Origin: Macrostomum lignano
Taxonomy: Eukaryota
Assembly (NCBI GenBank): GCA_002269645.1
Contig: NIVC01000385.1
Location: 575,493-639,492 of the forward strand
Reading direction: 5' to 3'
DNA length: 64,000 nt
The notes under the pieces are model-generated. The model was not told the DNA's origin. It saw only the letters and a list, made by a program, of their open reading frames with translations, and searched no databases. Positions within the stretch are counted from its first letter, which is position 1; every line of letters begins with the position of its first letter. Positions 61,239 to 64,000 of the stretch are shown here, in pieces. The translations under genes were made by a program, and so were the position numbers.

Positions 61239-63020
61239 AAAACTGCGTTAATTTTGCTTTAGAGTTTCTTTCATAGGTAAGTCATTTCACAGCGTGGCGC
61301 AGGTTGTGTAGGCGTCTGGCGTACTTAAGCCATGCGCTGCAATAGGGCTATGGAATGAAAGCCAACTACTATTATATCTTAATGTCATTAGATTAAACAT
61401 GAGATTCAATGTTTGACATTTTGTATTGAAGTTGCTATTCTGACTGCCTTATGTTTTGAGCCCACGGAGGTACTGGAGATAGACATTGAGGGGGATCACT
61501 ACAGAATCCTTATTATAGTTGACAATGGCTTATTAGTTGAAGAAGATGAATTGGCTCTATATAGCAAAGTAGATAGACTGTCAGACATCTTGCCTAGGCC
61601 TAGCTCATTTGCCTTTCACTTGCAATTAGTTTAGTAACTAAAAAAAGTTTGCATAAGTTTCAAATGTTACTTTGCTATTTGTATATTAATTTTAAGGTGC
61701 ATTATTGCATAGGCCTATTGATTGCAAGTTGCCTATGGCAGAAATTCTCATTATCTTGTCTCACTTGTTGGCTAGACCATATAATATTAACATAGGCTTA
61801 ACTATAATAGTTTGCTAGGACAAGATAGGCCAGTCTGATGACTAGGCCTAGCTTTATTTTTTGTGCAATAGGGATATTATAGCTATACATAGATAGGCCT
61901 ATATAGCATATTTTGACTTTTAAAATTGCATCTTTAAATTGGATTGGACCTTGTTTGCAATTCTGCATCTTAGCATCCTGCCCTGCCCTATGCTTTCACT
62001 GTATTGAGCATTGCACTTGAATTGCTACCAGATTATAACACTCCTATGCCATGCCACTAGGCTTACCATTTGCATTGCATTGCCATTGGGTCGACTCGAC
62101 CTAGAGCTAGAGAAAGGGACTCCTGGCCCCTGGGTGGGTCCGCTGCCACCTATATCTTTAAGTAGGCTTAAAGACCTATGGTAGGCCTAGGCCCTAGGGC
62201 CTAGCCGTCTAGGCCTGACTATTTATGGCTACGATTCTATGAATGAAATTTTAAAGCTAGCTAAATTATTGCCAAATGCAGATGAACGCTTATAATAATA
62301 GGCCTAGGCTTAGGCTAGCTAGGGACTAGGCCAGGTAGGCCTATTATGGCCAATAGTATATAGCCTGCTCTACTACTGGTATAGCCAATAGGCCCTAGGC
62401 CTATGTTATTCTTATAAATAATAGTTATAATACACGAATCTTTAAATTCTTAGGTATAGGCCTAGTCAAATTTAGAGTCAAATGTAGCTCGAACACAACA
62501 TAGGCCGTAGCTTTAGTTTAAGATAGGACTTAAGCTAAGAATCTGAACTTTTTTAACTTCAACAAAATCCACATAACCTCGTCATACCTACGACATATAT
62601 ACGGATCCATAAATTTAAAATGTTACAATGGGTAAAGTAAAGGTGGGTGGGGCCGTGGGTGGGGGTGGGTATATGATAATGTGCGCGTGCCCAATGGGAC
62701 TTGGAATGGGAGTGGTCGGCTATTTACCACTGTTACCCTGGCCCTGACTTTGGATAGAAAATTACTTTATGATTGTTGAGCGAGCGACGTACGCAACGAC
62801 CAGCCAGGTGTTCCTTAGGTTCCCGTCTCCTCCATGACCGCACAGTCTTGCTGTCTTTCTTCTTTTAGAGCGGAAAAATCGATAGTACTATCAATGTTAC
62901 GAGCGTTCTATTAAAAATAATTTAGCTGTATTGTCAAATTGAATCTAAACGATTAATACGACCGTTTTAGCCAGATCGTTTTATTACTGTATTAGAATTA
63001 GATTTCCAACCAGCTGTAAC

Positions 63021-63208
63021 CAGGGGCGTAGCCAGGAATTTCCTTCAGGGGGGGGATACACCAAGGTGAATTTTCTACGGGGGATACACCAAGGTAAAAG
63101 TGCTATGACAGAGTCACATGGTAGCATGTATAGCAACAAAGGGCAACAAAAAGTTTTGGTCAGGCTCTTCGGGGGATACATCCCCCTATCCCCCTCCCTA
63201 CGCCCCTG
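63021..63208. mobile_element. hAT-type MITE (188 bp)
   Basis: 11-bp TIR CAGGGGCGTAG/CTACGCCCCTG and exact 8-bp TSD GCTGTAAC at 63013-63020 and 63209-63216. Confidence 0.92.
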
Positions 63209-63289
63209 GCTGTAACCACTGAAACAAGAATGGGAAGTTTGCCTGTGCCTGTAGCAAGTATTGTAGCATGGCTTAGAATCTTAATTTTG

Positions 63290-63430
63290 GTCAAGGGGGG
63301 TCGACTAGAGGGAGCATTGGGGTCAATAATTAAGGTGTTAAGCCCCCTCAGGAATATCTCTTGGAAATAAATATCTCAGGAGTATCAGGAATTTAAGCCC
63401 CCTCGCCCCCGCCCTGGGACTCCGCCACTG
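63290..63430 (-). mobile_element. orphan hAT-like terminal fragment
   Basis: Ends in CTCCGCCACTG (reverse complement CAGTGGCGGAG) with C-runs. The partner end was not found. Confidence 0.45.
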
Positions 63431-64000
63431 TAAACAAGGAAATCTCATCAATGTAGATTTTGAAAACAGTGCTGCTCAACTATATTGAGCAAGCTAATGA
63501 TAAGCGACCTGAAATTCGACTTTATTTTCCGTAATTTTGTTACTTGTCTTCATATATTTTACAGAAATATGAAAATATAAAAAGCAGACTGACTGATATA
63601 ATTCACAATTGAAAATAAATACAAGAAAAAAGTATATTGAAGGGGTGCATGCACAAAGAGAACAAAGTGGGACATTGTACAACATACTACTTACACACAA
63701 TTTGCGCGATCCTTTGTTCCCAATTAATTGTGCCTATGCGCTGCACATGCTATAGACTGACCTAGCTGTCAATGCGGAAAATCTCAAATAAATGCAAAAA
63801 CAGATATTACACGACTCGATGATCTTGTTTAAAGTTTTCGTTGCTCCAGTTAAATTCAGAATGCTGGGCACTGCACTACACACTCACTATAGCTTAATTG
63901 TATCTTAACGAATAGTTGCCATCGAAGATTTAGATCTCAACAACTTATTGAGTTAATTAGTTGTTCATCTAAAATGAAAGTTTCGGGTACCTCCTATCCA

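Overview
Eukaryotic (metazoan) genomic DNA with GT-AG introns full of mini- and microsatellites. Style and content are compatible with a free-living flatworm such as Macrostomum, but that is inference only. 1-12.4 kb (+): the last 8 coding exons of a conventional beta-spectrin (spectrin repeats plus PH domain), including a 115-nt exon missing from the ORF track. 14.2-27.9 kb: a 13.6-kb foldback-like structure with kb-long, minisatellite-containing inverted arms and a deleted piggyBac-like element in its loop. 29.3-35.6 kb: a Mutator-type MITE (9-bp TSD) holding two head-to-tail Helitron-like units. 36.3-55.4 kb (-): a tandem cluster of three divergent Fos/ATF3-family bZIP genes. The third is hit in its last codons by a P-element/THAP-type transposon (32-bp TIRs, 8-bp TSD) whose TIR now supplies the stop codon. 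55.7-64 kb: a CpG-depleted repeat region with SINEs, a 28S rRNA-derived fragment and hAT MITEs. No CRISPR array, true tRNA gene or functional rRNA gene was found.
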